A DNA stretch of 64,000 bases from Mizuhopecten yessoensis (lineage: Eukaryota), in the NCBI RefSeq assembly GCF_002113885.1, contig NW_018408909.1, forward strand, positions 477,770 to 541,769. Direction: 5' to 3'. A program made the translations under genes and the position numbers. The notes beneath the pieces are model-generated. The model was not told the origin of the DNA and made no database searches. It saw only the letters and a program-made list of their open reading frames with translations. Positions 24,489-37,100 of this stretch are shown here, in pieces. Each line of letters starts with the position of its first letter. Position 1 is the stretch's first letter.

Positions 24489-27400
24489 CTAGTTCCGCTT
24501 CCTCCTTGCGTATACCACATCACCAGTGTGTATGGTGTCATTATGGTCCATGGCAAGATGGATTCCCAGGCATGGTTTCGGACCATAAGGTGGCTTCAAA
24601 CGGAACCTGTGAATAGATGGGAGACACAGAACATAATTCTTTTTGAGGCGCAGCCTGATGTCATCTATCTGTTCTCCTAGGAATATTAACCATATTTGTT
24701 TTAACATCATACGACATATCATTGTGGTTTATCAAGCTTTCTCTGAACTAAATAAGACTGTGGACTAGCCCGAAATTCCTCTGGCCCTGACATCAGACTA
24801 AGACATTTTGACAGATCGATATATATATCTAACAAAATGTCCAAGTCTGGTGTCAGGGCAAGAGGAAACTCAGGCTAGAACATAGGTGAACATCATAATG
24901 TGATCTAGAACATAGGCAAACATCTTAATGTGACATTGACAACAAAAGTCTGTTTGTTTTTGTCAGTAAATATTTCAATTTTTTTTTTATACCAAATACT
25001 TTGAAAGAAACTTCACATCAGAATTAAAATTTTCATGAAGTTCAATGTCACTGACATATCAAACATTTCCGACCAGTCCAATATAATATTGAACACGATA
25101 TCGATCTGTGAAGGATTCAGAACATGAACTTCCACTTCTCCACTTACATGTCTGTGTTAAGTAATGGATTATTTCTCATACTAGTATTACTTTGACCGGA
25201 TATGAATAATCCAGCTTATGGAGATTTCAAAACTCACTACAAAAGAGGAGAAGACTCACTTTTTCAGCGTGGTCAGTGGTTCCTCATCCTTGCTCTTCTC
25301 TCCCTTAAATGGATCTACCGTCACCAAGATACACCTGTAGACAATCACGTGTTATATCGTAAATCATGTTCATACAACTGTAACTAGGATACACATGTAA
25401 ACAAACGTGTTATCTTATAGTGTTCATGTTTTACAGTGACTCTACTGGACTCATTGTGCTGTGAATATCGGTGTTGATTGGCTTGTTAACATAATGTGCT
25501 GGGTTCATTGTCCATGTTTGCGTTGTGTTGATTCTCTTTTTAACCCTGTATGACCGTAAATATGCTATGTTCATTCAAAATTAAAATTATGGTGTTCGAA
25601 CGCCGCTTAACTTACGTATTTTTTTTTTTATATAAAATTGTCAATTTTGTGTCTACAGCAAACCGCAAAATGATTGCGCTGTATATCATACCTTGTGCAT
25701 GCATCGATGTTTCTGAATGTTGCTTTACCGATCTTAACTTCGTCCCAATCATCCTGGAAGTGAAGAGCAACCCCACAGGTTATTCCATAAAATAGAACAA
25801 TGAATTGGGTCATTTACCGTTAATGTATCTAAACATAGCTTACAGTGTCATTAATGACATGGTGTCATCCGGTAGTTGTTCTTAGACTAACGTGATTGCT
25901 ACTAACAATGTATAGATCCTGTGACTTCCAATATATAGGAATCCATTGCGTGTACATTTAGATTTATTGTAAACATCAAGAAAAACACATGTACGAAACA
26001 TGTTCAAATCATATTTCAGACACGTTTTAATTAATTTCATTTAAATCTGAGTAACATAAGTATGGCATACTTTTCGAAACTCTCAAACCAATACAAAAAC
26101 TTTCCCGAAATATCCACATCGCCCGATATTTGCCCCCTGATAATATGGGGTATGAGTTACCTCATCAAAGGCTGGACATTCGTCCACCACAATGTTCGCC
26201 CGGAAGTTCAGCATGGTCACTGGCTCAGCCAATCGTTTGTTGAGCTCGTTAAGGCTTGCTGAGGTCATTAGCATATAACCACAATAGTCGGAGAACGCCA
26301 GCTATAATGAAATAGAAAAAAAAATCATAGGTGTCAACCTCTGAAACCTCCAATGAGGGAGATCTCCAACATTCCGCATTTCCAATGAGGGAGAAAGTGG
26401 TGAAACGCGACTAAAACCGCTTTGCTCAATTTATCTTTCCTTTATTATGCATCAAAATAACTCCAAAAAGCATCCATTTGATTCAGACACACCTGTTATG
26501 ATCATTACACATACCCTGCAGTAACTAGGAGATCATTTGACCAAACGATGTAGATTTTGAGTTTGTGTGAGTTTCACTTGAATGTAGGAGTTTCGAGGGC
26601 GATTGATAATTTTTGGTCAAAATGAGGGAGTCTCCCTCCTAATAAGGGAGGGTTGACAGCTATGAATTTCAGTAAATACAGTTTTTTCTAAATTAAGACG
26701 TCTTAACATTATGAAACACCCTATCTGAATAAGTACTATATTTTTCTTTTTTTCCTGACAAAATATCTCAATTTGTTTTAACAAAGCTATCCCACATTGC
26801 TTTAAAGATATAACTACCGAAAACGGTCATAACTATGTACAGAGTTAAAACTGTATGAGACACGGAATGGAAATCTGGAATAATGATCTATCATGTTCCT
26901 CTCTTACTCTCCGACAGAATTTGTAAATAACGTAAATGGGCCATTCGACATGTCACTCTGAAACTGGTAGGTTGGGACCAATCTCTCCCCGGCTTCCTTG
27001 TCCTACACTTAATGTTTCTGTGGACGACAAGGAAAGCTGAGAGGTTGGGGCGGTGATTGTTATAACCTGTGTTTTGGCTACTATCTGACCTAGCGCGTGC
27101 CCTAGAATGGATACGATATTACCGTGTCGCCCTTTTTGGCGTTGTGTTTCCATAGTTTTGTGACATTAGACGCGTCACGCTTGTCCATTTCTGGGGACGA
27201 GAAGTGAACACGTAGTCCAGTCTTGCCAAGAAACTTGTCCATCCAGCTGGCCGCCTCATCACCGAGGTCCAAAGAAGTTGACCACTCCTCCTTTATTCTG
27301 TAGTAAATCATATAACAATACTATATTATTATTCGATGATTTCCACATTTATACGTAAAAAAAATAATTGTACAGCATTGGTTGTCTGAATATTTCATGA

Positions 27401-29679
27401 TTATTGTGTCAAAGTCAAAGTATTTATACATTTAAGCTGTATTCTGAACAAAGAGCAAACATAAATTCGTACTTAATTTTCGAGACCCATGTCTTTGGTC
27501 CCTGCTTGGGGTGGATAGGGATAATGAGGGAGGACATCCCTGGGGCGTCCAGGAGCATAGTATCTCCCTGTAGACTGGTGGAAATGAGCGCCATCTTAGG
27601 GATCTGGCGCTGCGTGACGTAAACTCCCGTGCTCGCCGCCACAGCCCAGTGTCTGAAACGAGAAAACGTTATCGTACAATACTGTGGCGATTAATGAAGC
27701 GATTCAGTGCATTTCATCGTTAATCTTAAATAACTTTGATACACGTGGTTTATTATTAACTTGATACAAGCCTGGTCATTCCTGTATGTACAGTACAGGT
27801 GATGATCTATCATTCCCGTACAGTACACGTACGTGATATATATTATAACCCGATAGAAGTTTGATTACTCCCGTTAATAAGTTCACGTGATCTATCAATA
27901 ACGACCCGATATAAGTTTGATCAATCGAGCGTTGTACACGTATCAATATATCTTCCCGCGCAGTACACGTGATACAGTATTTGCTATTTCACACTGTATC
28001 CGTTATGACGTCATCCTTTGCGCGATGATTTTGTCGATCTTTAAACTCCCGTTAAATGATGGTAGCTCGAGTCTCCTCTGGCCCTGACACCAGACTTAAG
28101 ACGACTATCTGTCAAAATGTCGACGCATGGTGTCAGAGACAGAGGAAACTCTGGTTAAATCAAACGGAGGATATGTAAAAAGAGGTCAAGAATTTTGATA
28201 TATTCTTGTGTAATTCTCTGGTTAAACCTTCCAACGTCAGGATTACTGAAGTTACAATTGATAATCACGTGTTGGGCAGTTTTTTTTCTCTCATAAACCA
28301 AAAACAAGGGAAATAAAGGTAATGTGACGTCATGTCGTGCGCATCCACTTGCAAGCGCTCTCTGCGCCCCTGAATTATGTCAGAACAATTAAAGGCTCAG
28401 ATAGCTCAATGGTAGAGCGTCTGTCTAGAGTTCGGAGGGTCTCGGGTTCGAACCCTTTGTCTGGACTAAACTTTCTACTTTATGATGTTTGTATCATCCA
28501 TTTCCATTTTTTATTTGCACAAATTTCGCAATTTATGGCATACACAATTTCGTTGAATCACAGGAAAGTTAACAAATTGACGGTTGGATTGTACTTACCC
28601 ATAACATCAGTTTCCCGTGATCTATATATACCTTCCTGTGATATTAGAGTATATTTGAATTGCAACATATCTTATAATATATAGGTCCTAGTTATACACT
28701 GTACTTAAACATCTGCTATCAGAAAATTGTAAAATATTTCACACCTTATCAAAACTCCAACAGAAAGAATGGAATAGACATACAGCGGTGTCTGTTCACA
28801 GTATAAGTCGGCGCTATTAACTGGAAATATTAGTCCTAAAAGTCTGAAATTCTGCCATCTAACACTGTTAGGTGCAATATCTAGTTTATTGTCTCCATTG
28901 TATAGTGTTTAGATGATCTTGAAATCTGTGATGTCATTTATTTTTGTTTTATGGTGTTGCAATAGGTCATATATATATAACACACAGGGACCAGATAATT
29001 TGTTACAGCTATATTTGGACCTAAACTTTGGTGTTCAGAGTAATTTTACATGTTTAGGGGTTTAGGTCGACTTTCGGTAAAAACGACACTCCCAATGATC
29101 ATCCTCTGTATGATCATATATAGGCTATAGCTGTAAATCATTCCGTAAATCATTCTCAGGCCATTTTGGTCTCTGTTGAGTATAACATATAGATAGAACA
29201 CGACTTCGTGCTCAGGTCGCATGTACATGTATATCATGAGAGAATTTACTGATTGGCATTGTCAACATGCATTTGATAAATATATTATAGGGCGTAAAGG
29301 AAGATATAAATATCATTACATACTTCAATAACCGTCCATCTTCTAACGAAATTCATGTTGATAATACTTTAAAAAGAGTGCATCTTTTTAACAAAGAGTG
29401 ATAATGCCTTAATAACTCTGTATCTTCTAACATAAGTTCAATGACTCACCTGTCTGTGACACCTTGAAATGTTAAGCCAGTGGGTGTGCAATCAGCCGAG
29501 TCGACTCGAAGCCCCCCGAGCGATTTGGTCGGGAACACGTACAGCTCCGAAATAGTTCCGACCTTCTCGAATGGCCTGGTTCGATACTTGTTGGACATCC
29601 AAACTAAACATGTGTATTTAAAGACAGCGACACCTGCCAGTGTCGCGGCTAGAGCCACCGCATTTGGACGATCCGACAT
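24489..29679 (-). CDS. MTARC: Mitochondrial amidoxime-reducing component (mARC; MOSC_N + MOSC domains), 326 aa, 7 exons
   Basis: Exons 29679-29450, 27652-27473, 27297-27123, 26301-26161, 25753-25692, 25334-25260 and 24606-24489 are GT-AG and in phase. Motifs: N-terminal TM anchor, LYVFPTKS, DRHW, TQRQIPKMALI, DLGDEAASW, FSD, NFRANIVV, FDEDDW, the Mo-ligating CTRC, EPLTTLK and GDVV. Confidence 0.95.
24766..24877. mobile_element. Palindromic MITE, copy 2 (TA-flanked, mARC intron 6)
   Basis: TAGCCCGAAATTCCTCTGGCCCTGACATCAGAC...GTCTGGTGTCAGGGCAAGAGGAAACTCAGGCTA. Confidence 0.85.
26326..26664. mobile_element. Non-autonomous TIR DNA transposon (~340 bp) in mARC intron 3
   Basis: TIRs CATAGGTGTCAACC / GGTTGACAGCTATG with repeated subterminal AATGAGGGAG motifs; no clear TSD. 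Confidence 0.7.
28063..28157. mobile_element. Palindromic MITE, copy 3 (TA-flanked, mARC intron 1)
   Basis: TAGCTCGAGTCTCCTCTGGCCCTGACACCAGAC...TGGTGTCAGAGACAGAGGAAACTCTGGTTA. Confidence 0.8.
28393..28467 (+). pseudogene. tRNA-like sequence (tRNA pseudogene or SINE head)
   Basis: A-box TAGCTCAATGGTAGAGC and B-box GGTTCGAACCC. Acceptor and anticodon stems pair poorly, so it is not called as a functional tRNA. Confidence 0.6.
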
Positions 29680-31146
29680 TACGAAAGGCCTAGTTTAAGT
29701 TATAATATGCAAAACTCTCCTCGGATACGTGTAAACACACTGATTTATAGCGTTCTGATAATGTAGTAAGCAGGCGGTGTTGCATGAACAATTGTAACAC
29801 CGTTCAAAGTTCCGGGGAAACATACGGTCTTTTTAAGCGCTAAGTTAAAACACGGAATTAGATTGCTAAGAAACTGACGTCACGTCGTGCGATGTTATTT
29901 TTTTAATGAATAAACCACTGTCTAGGAATAACATAGCCGAATTCCAGTGAATCAGTAAAACAGGTCAAAATATTAGGTCCAGCTGGCTATCTTAAAAACA
30001 TCTGAGTATTTGATTGTGATAATGCGTCCCCTTGACCTATAGGCCTACCATGTTAATATCACTGATATTCTCTATGGACCTCACGGTGTAATCAAAGAAG
30101 AAGAAATCATTTAAAATTCTGAAAATATAAAAACCTCCATACTAATATATTACGGTGTATAACATGAAAGTATCATTTTAGATGTTGATAAATGTTAAAA
30201 GTAGCAAACGATATACTGCTTTGTCTAAAGATATAGCATCAAACACGGTCAAGTGGTGCAAAGGTGAAGGTCCTTTTAATTGTTCGTATAAAGAATGACA
30301 TGTTCCGACGGCACCTGCTTGTGTTAACATCCATGATTCAGTATAGATGTTTTGGTATGCAACTTCAGTTGCATTTTGTTGGTATCTTTAATATGCATTT
30401 GTCAAGCTCCATGGCAGCCCTTCATTCAACTTCACAGTGTTGTGTTCAGATTGCTTTGGATTGTTTTGGAAATGTCAGTATTATCCTTGCACAGTATTGG
30501 GGTTATAATATTTGTTACAGAGACACATGCGACGTATTATATATCTCTGTTGATGCACGGGCTCTAATCTAATTCCGTGATTGATGTAAATATTCTAAAA
30601 TAAAATACCGTATTCCTTAATTCACAGCTGAAGGGTGTACATTTCTGTCATGAGACCTTCTACATGACAGATCTTATCTTTTAAAAGTTATTAATAGTTA
30701 TTTCATTATATTAAACTTGATGAATATTCTGAACATAATTGTAATTAATTGAAAGGGTCTTTTTAAACTGATGTTATTTTTTGGTTACACCGATATGTGT
30801 ATAATATTGCACGGTACGTCGATGATTATAATGGAAGCATAACGATGCACTTATAGGTGTATAAGTTCTACTATTTCTATGAATAATTTCTTGTATTTTC
30901 TTAGATGATGTATGATGTTACATTTCTAACTTCAAAATGATACATTCTCATGCTTAAGGAATTTTTACAAAAGTCTTGATCATCAATATCATTATACAAT
31001 GAATCAAAATTGGTTTGGCTAATTACCTCCCTTGTTTCAGTACTCTTTCTACTCGGAGGTTGAAAACGATTGACAACAAGTTTGTTTCAAAATGGCGTAG
31101 AGAACCTGTCGATGAACTGTCAATAGCAGGAATCAAATCACCAGTC

Positions 31147-34100
31147 ATGTCTGCTAAAAAAGAAAGCACGGAGGTCAATGCCGCAGTAGAACGGCTTTTG
31201 GAATTGGGTAATGTATAGGTGTTCCTATTTCAATTTCCTGCGTGAAAAGAGGGTATGGAAGAAGAAGAAAATATAGTTCAGTATGTAGCTTTTTAATTCC
31301 TGTAGGAACTCTAGGTACTGTAGATCTACTGTATCTAAATCAGAGAAAAATATAACGATAGAGTTTCTATTGTTATAAATCTCTGATTTAGATAGAGTTC
31401 CTACAGGAATTAGTAGCTTTTAGGACCACAGTATCCAGATAAACGTAGACTTACATGTATAAGCTGAACAGAGCATTGTCTATTTTTCATTCTTCCCATA
31501 GGAGTTTTTATAAGGTTTAAAACGTTTTACCATTTTCTGATCGCAGTTGTTCAAGACGCTGTAACTAGGACCTGTGGTGATGAGTAAAATGGGATGTATT
31601 ACAATATATGTGCTAATGTATGTGCTAAATATAGGATATGTTGAACATGTACTATAATATCACAGAAAGGCATTTCCAAGAGAAGGGAGAAATACTCAAA
31701 TAGACAGAAACAGTCTACTTTAGCGGTATTTCAGAAATCGTCACAACTAATTGATGAAATGGTAGTTTAAGCATATAAACTTGCATGTTTTTGTACCTTG
31801 CAACATGTTATTGGACACTGAGTGAATATTGGTTAAGTGCCGTTTCTGTCGAATAGTCTGTCTGTGTGATATCTTATTGAGACTTTGCATTTTGCTCTAT
31901 TATCCTAATATCTAAAGCCCAAAGGTCATCAAACGTAATATGAAGGTACGTACCAATATATCAAAATCACATATACTTTTAAGTTAAAAATATTTTCTGT
32001 TAATGGACTTATGCTAGACATTGCTTTTACTGTCAAAGTGGGAGCAGGAACATATATATGTTATACATGCTAACATATTCTAGTCTTCAGATGTTTTTTT
32101 ATCCACTTAAACCACATTTGAATGCAACTATATTCAAGTTAATATGTATTCCATCTTTAGCTGACCGCATGAGGAGTGAGGATTTTGGATTCATCGAGAA
32201 AGATGTACAAAACATAGATGGAACCATAGAAGCAATTCAGGCATTAGTAAGGTTTCCTTTATTTAATATGTACTGAATAATTGTTAAGGTTGTACGAAAA
32301 ACAGTTTTTGTTACCATTATCATTATCATTATAAATATTGTAAGAGTACAATATTGATTCAGTAAAATAAAAAGAGAAAAATTGACCTTTGGCCTCTTTC
32401 TAATGAAAAGATTCTTCTAAATTGAAAAATATATTTTTGCAATACAATAATGAACATATATATTAGGAAGCCATATATGTAAGAAATAATATCAACAGTT
32501 TTTTGTTATTTATCCATTCATTTCATTTCTCAGGAAGGGGAAAGATTTCGAGTCCATGAAAAACTTGAAACAGAAACAATTCATGCCAGTATTCTACGTC
32601 ACAAACTTCAGTTCTTGCCAGGAGAAATTAAAAAGGAAATCAAAGGTAAAATATAATGTTGTGTAATTATATAGTTGAGAAGGGAATACAAGATAAATCT
32701 GAAGCTGATAAAACAAGGAATATTCCAGAAATAAATATCCAGAAATTCCTTGCCTGCCCCTTACCACTTTCACTCCTTGAAATCTGGAATAATCCTAATT
32801 TGTATTGATTATGATTGAATACAAGCCTGTATAACATTGAAATAGTCTTTAATAAAAGTGATGAAATAACATTGATCTATAGATGTCTTTTTGAAACTTA
32901 TTTCAATTAAGAAGTCAAACAGGGATCTTATTTTGTGGTTTATAATTGATATATATATATTTTGCTCTGATTTGTAGCTGCTGTTGAGTCTGCCAGACAG
33001 TCCAATGCTGATGTCCTGCAAAAATTACAGGAACAACTGGATGGAATCAGCCACAATACAGTGTATCTTGAAAAAAGACAGCAAGAGCTGGATAAACAAA
33101 ATGCCGTTTTACAGTGAGTTGACTGCTATTAGCTTGCTATAAGAATGTGTACAGGTACTGTTCATATATTAGAATACCTTTATAATGTAAATATCTACTT
33201 TAGATTATCCAAAGACAAGATACATTGTACCACAAATTTATATTTAAGGACATTTCTACATTGTAATACAGATGTATACATACAGATATTTTTGTTTTGA
33301 CTTTTTTTATGTAGAGAATGTTCAAAATTTATCACACAAGGTGCACATTTTATGTTGCATACTTTTAATTAAGAGAAGTTAATGTTTTTGTTTTGGGCAT
33401 CATGCTACCAATATACATGTACTGTTTATACATTTTGATCATGACATTCAGTATTTTATGAATGATCATAAAATGCTCAAATTTAATCACATACTTTCTC
33501 TTTCAGTCCACAGAGAGAGCTTGTCAAAGAACAACATGAGCAAATTATTTCACAGCTCAACCAACGCATGGCTGAAAAGGCCAGGTATGTATTTAGTTCA
33601 CCTAAGCAATATGCAAGATACAATAATTATGGTTATTAAACATAAAAATGATATATCATGTGTCTCTTTGTAATTATATGGTATCTGACCAGATATCATG
33701 TATGTAATTGTTACCTTTTTTGTGTTTTTACATGGCATGTTACCAAACTCTATGAACAAAATTGACATGTTTTTTATTTTTTTTTGAAAGCTTGCAGATT
33801 ACCCTGAATGAAACAAGGGATAAAGTAAGACAGACAAATCAGGATGTGAGTATCTTAAACCTGCATGTATTCCTGCATATTTCACTCATCATTATATAAA
33901 TACAGTATCAAATTTGTAATACATTGTACATGTATTTAAAAAAGAACATTATTAAAGAACAGGTTCAATATAAGTTTAAATGGTTAACTACAGAATGTAA
34001 TAGATCTTTGTTAATAACCTCACCATGAAATGGGGTCGGCTATTTCAATGTTTATGGTATGTTTTAGATTGTTGACCTTGAAGATGGAATCTTACAACTA

Positions 34101-37100
34101 AAAGAGGACCTGATTGTTGAGCGGAAAGAAGCACGGACAGAAAAAAAGAAACTGAAGAGGGCTGTGGTGAGTGTCCTTTGTTAAACATAGTTTATTGGCT
34201 TCATTGAAACTCTGAGAACCTGAATGATAGCTGATGATACAAACATGTACTGCTGAGCTAATTGTACAAACAGCTGATGATACAAACTTCTAATAGGTGA
34301 TCATATATACTGCTAGTAGCTGCTGAAACAATCTGCTAGTAGCTGATGATACATACTGCTAGTGGCTGTTGTAACATACTGCTAGTAGCTGATGTAACAT
34401 ACTGCTAGTAACTGATGATACATACTGCTAGTGGCTGATAATACAATGTGCTAATTATAGCTGATGTAACAGACTGCTAGCTATATATATAGTGGCTGGT
34501 AATACATTGTGCTAGTAGCTGATGATATATACTACTAGGAGCTGGTGAAACATACTGCTAGTAGCTGATAATATGTACTGCTTGTTTATAAATATGCATA
34601 CTGCTAGTATAGCTGATAATACATACTGCTTGTATTTGAATAAACATACTACTAGTAGTTCATTATACATTGTGCCGGTATACGTAGCTAATGATACATT
34701 GTGCCGGTATACGTAGCTCATTATACATTGTGCCGGTATACGTAGCTGATGATACATTGTGCCGGTATACGTAGCTCATTATACATTGTGCTGGTATCCG
34801 TAGCTGATTATACATTGTGCCGGTATACGTAGCTCATTATACATTGTGCCCGTATACGTAGCTCATTATACATTGTGCTGGTATCCGTAGCTGATTATAC
34901 ATTGTGCCGGTATACGTATCTGATGATACATTGTGCCGGTATACGCAGCTGATGATACATTGTGCCGGTATATGTAGCTGATGATACATTGTGCCGGCAT
35001 ACGTAGCTGATGATACATTGTCCCGGTATACGTAGCTGATGATACATTTTGCCGGTATACGTAGCTGATGATGCATTGTGCTGGTATACATAGCTGATGA
35101 TACAGTGTGCTGGTATACGTAGCTGATGATACATTTTGCCGGTATACGTAGCTGATGATGCATTGTGCTGGTATACATAGCTGATGATACATTGTGCTGG
35201 TATACGTAGCTGATGATACATTTTGCCGGTATACGTAGCTGATGATGCATTGTGCTGGTATACATAGCTGATGATACATTGTGCTGGTATACATAGCTGA
35301 TGATACATTGTGCCGGTATTCGTAGCTGATGATACATTGTGCTGGTATACGTAGCTGATGATACATTGTGCTGGTATACGTAGCTGATTATACATTGTTC
35401 CGGTATACGTAGCTGATGATACGTTGTGCCGGTATACGTAGCTCATTATCCATTGTGCTGGTATCCGTAGCTGATTATACATTGTGCCGGTATACGCAGC
35501 TGATGATACATTGTGCCGGTATACGCAGCTGATGATACATTGTGCCGGTATTCGTAGCTGATTATACATTGTGCCGGTATACGCAGCTGATGATACATTG
35601 TGCCGGTATACCTAGCTCATGATACATTGTGCCGGTATACGTAGCTGATGATACATTGTGCCGGTATACGTAGCTGCTGATCAATACTACCAATAGTTCA
35701 AGGAACATACTGCTAGTATCTGATGTTTCATGCTGCTGATAGTTGATAAAACATACTGCTAGTATCTGATGTTTCATGCTGCTGATAGTTGATAAAACGT
35801 ACTGCTAGTAGCGGATACAATGATAGATCCTTTAATGCATATCATTATCAATGGAATAAATGTTATGTGATTGTTAAAGTTTTTGTGTTGGAGAATAAAA
35901 TTCAGTAACTAAAATACATGTCAAAATGTTTGTGTTATTACACAAAGATATTTGTCAAGAACCTTACATTGGTGCCTCTATAATTCACAGACTGACACGA
36001 CAGAAAAAACAAAAGACCAAAGAGTACTGAATATTGTAAAGAAGAAGTAAGTACATTGAAATATTCAGATCTGAACACTTTACAGATATTATATAGCTTC
36101 TCTGTAGATCTACCGACTCATGCACTAACATTGGATATAGGTATGTTAAGTATCCGTATACAGTATTTTCATCTGATGAAGGTGACAGAGTATAAAAATA
36201 TATATAGGATCATGCATGAGTTTTCATTTCATATGAGACTTATGAAAGGAGTCTAAGAATTTTTCGATTAAACAGCCTCTAGTGAGCTAAAATGAAAAAT
36301 TCGTGACAAGTTTCATAAATTTCATATGAAATGAAAATGAGTGTAATATCCCTTTTATCACATAATAAAGATTTGTGGCATTTATTTGTGTAAAACGAAA
36401 AATTTCATGCAACCTTGAAATGTGAAAAGCCGCCTTTTTGACTCCAGTGTGTAAGTCTGTGACGTGACGTACTTGTCCTAAGTGTGACGTAACAAGTGAA
36501 ACTTGCAACCAATCACAGGGCTGATAGGTCATAAACGTGGGTTATTACACAAAAAAATAAATACATAGATTCATCAAAATGTCACAAATAAACAGCTGAA
36601 TGTGCCATATAAACCTGTATACAATCTTTACCATATAAACCTGTATACAATCTTTACCTACTAACCTGAAGAAAATGTTAAGTAACAGTGATTTAGGACT
36701 GGTGTTACATAGCCATGCTGCATAATGTTCTTATCCAGGTACATGTTCGATTTCCTTTAATTTATTGCATGTATTTAATTTATCCAAAATAAAATCTTAT
36801 TTCAACAATCACTTTTTAGGGAACTTGATGTTGTCCATGAACAGTTACTGGAGAGTGAGGGGAAACTTGAATCAATAAGAAGGGTATGTTTTTTATCTGT
36901 GCTGGATTCTGACTAACTAAATAAAGAAAATGTCAATTACATATATATATGTATATATACTGTGACAAATTGATATTACAAATATTCGTCTGTTTCTCTT
37001 CAAGATTATGAAAGTTGAAAAAATAGCAGTTTTATTACATATTTCGTGTTATTTAAAACATATTTACTTCATTTAATAAATACTGATTTATAAAGAATTG

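Noticed and set aside
28393-28467. Functional tRNA gene
   Set aside because: A and B boxes are present but the cloverleaf stems are mismatched; kept only as a pseudogene or SINE head.
30264-30572. Hydrophobic ORFs between mARC and CCDC175
   Set aside because: Non-ATG track starts, no recognisable motif, and no convincing splice partners.
34837-35569. Three overlapping Cys/His/Tyr-rich ORFs
   Set aside because: All three frames of a 29-bp repeat.
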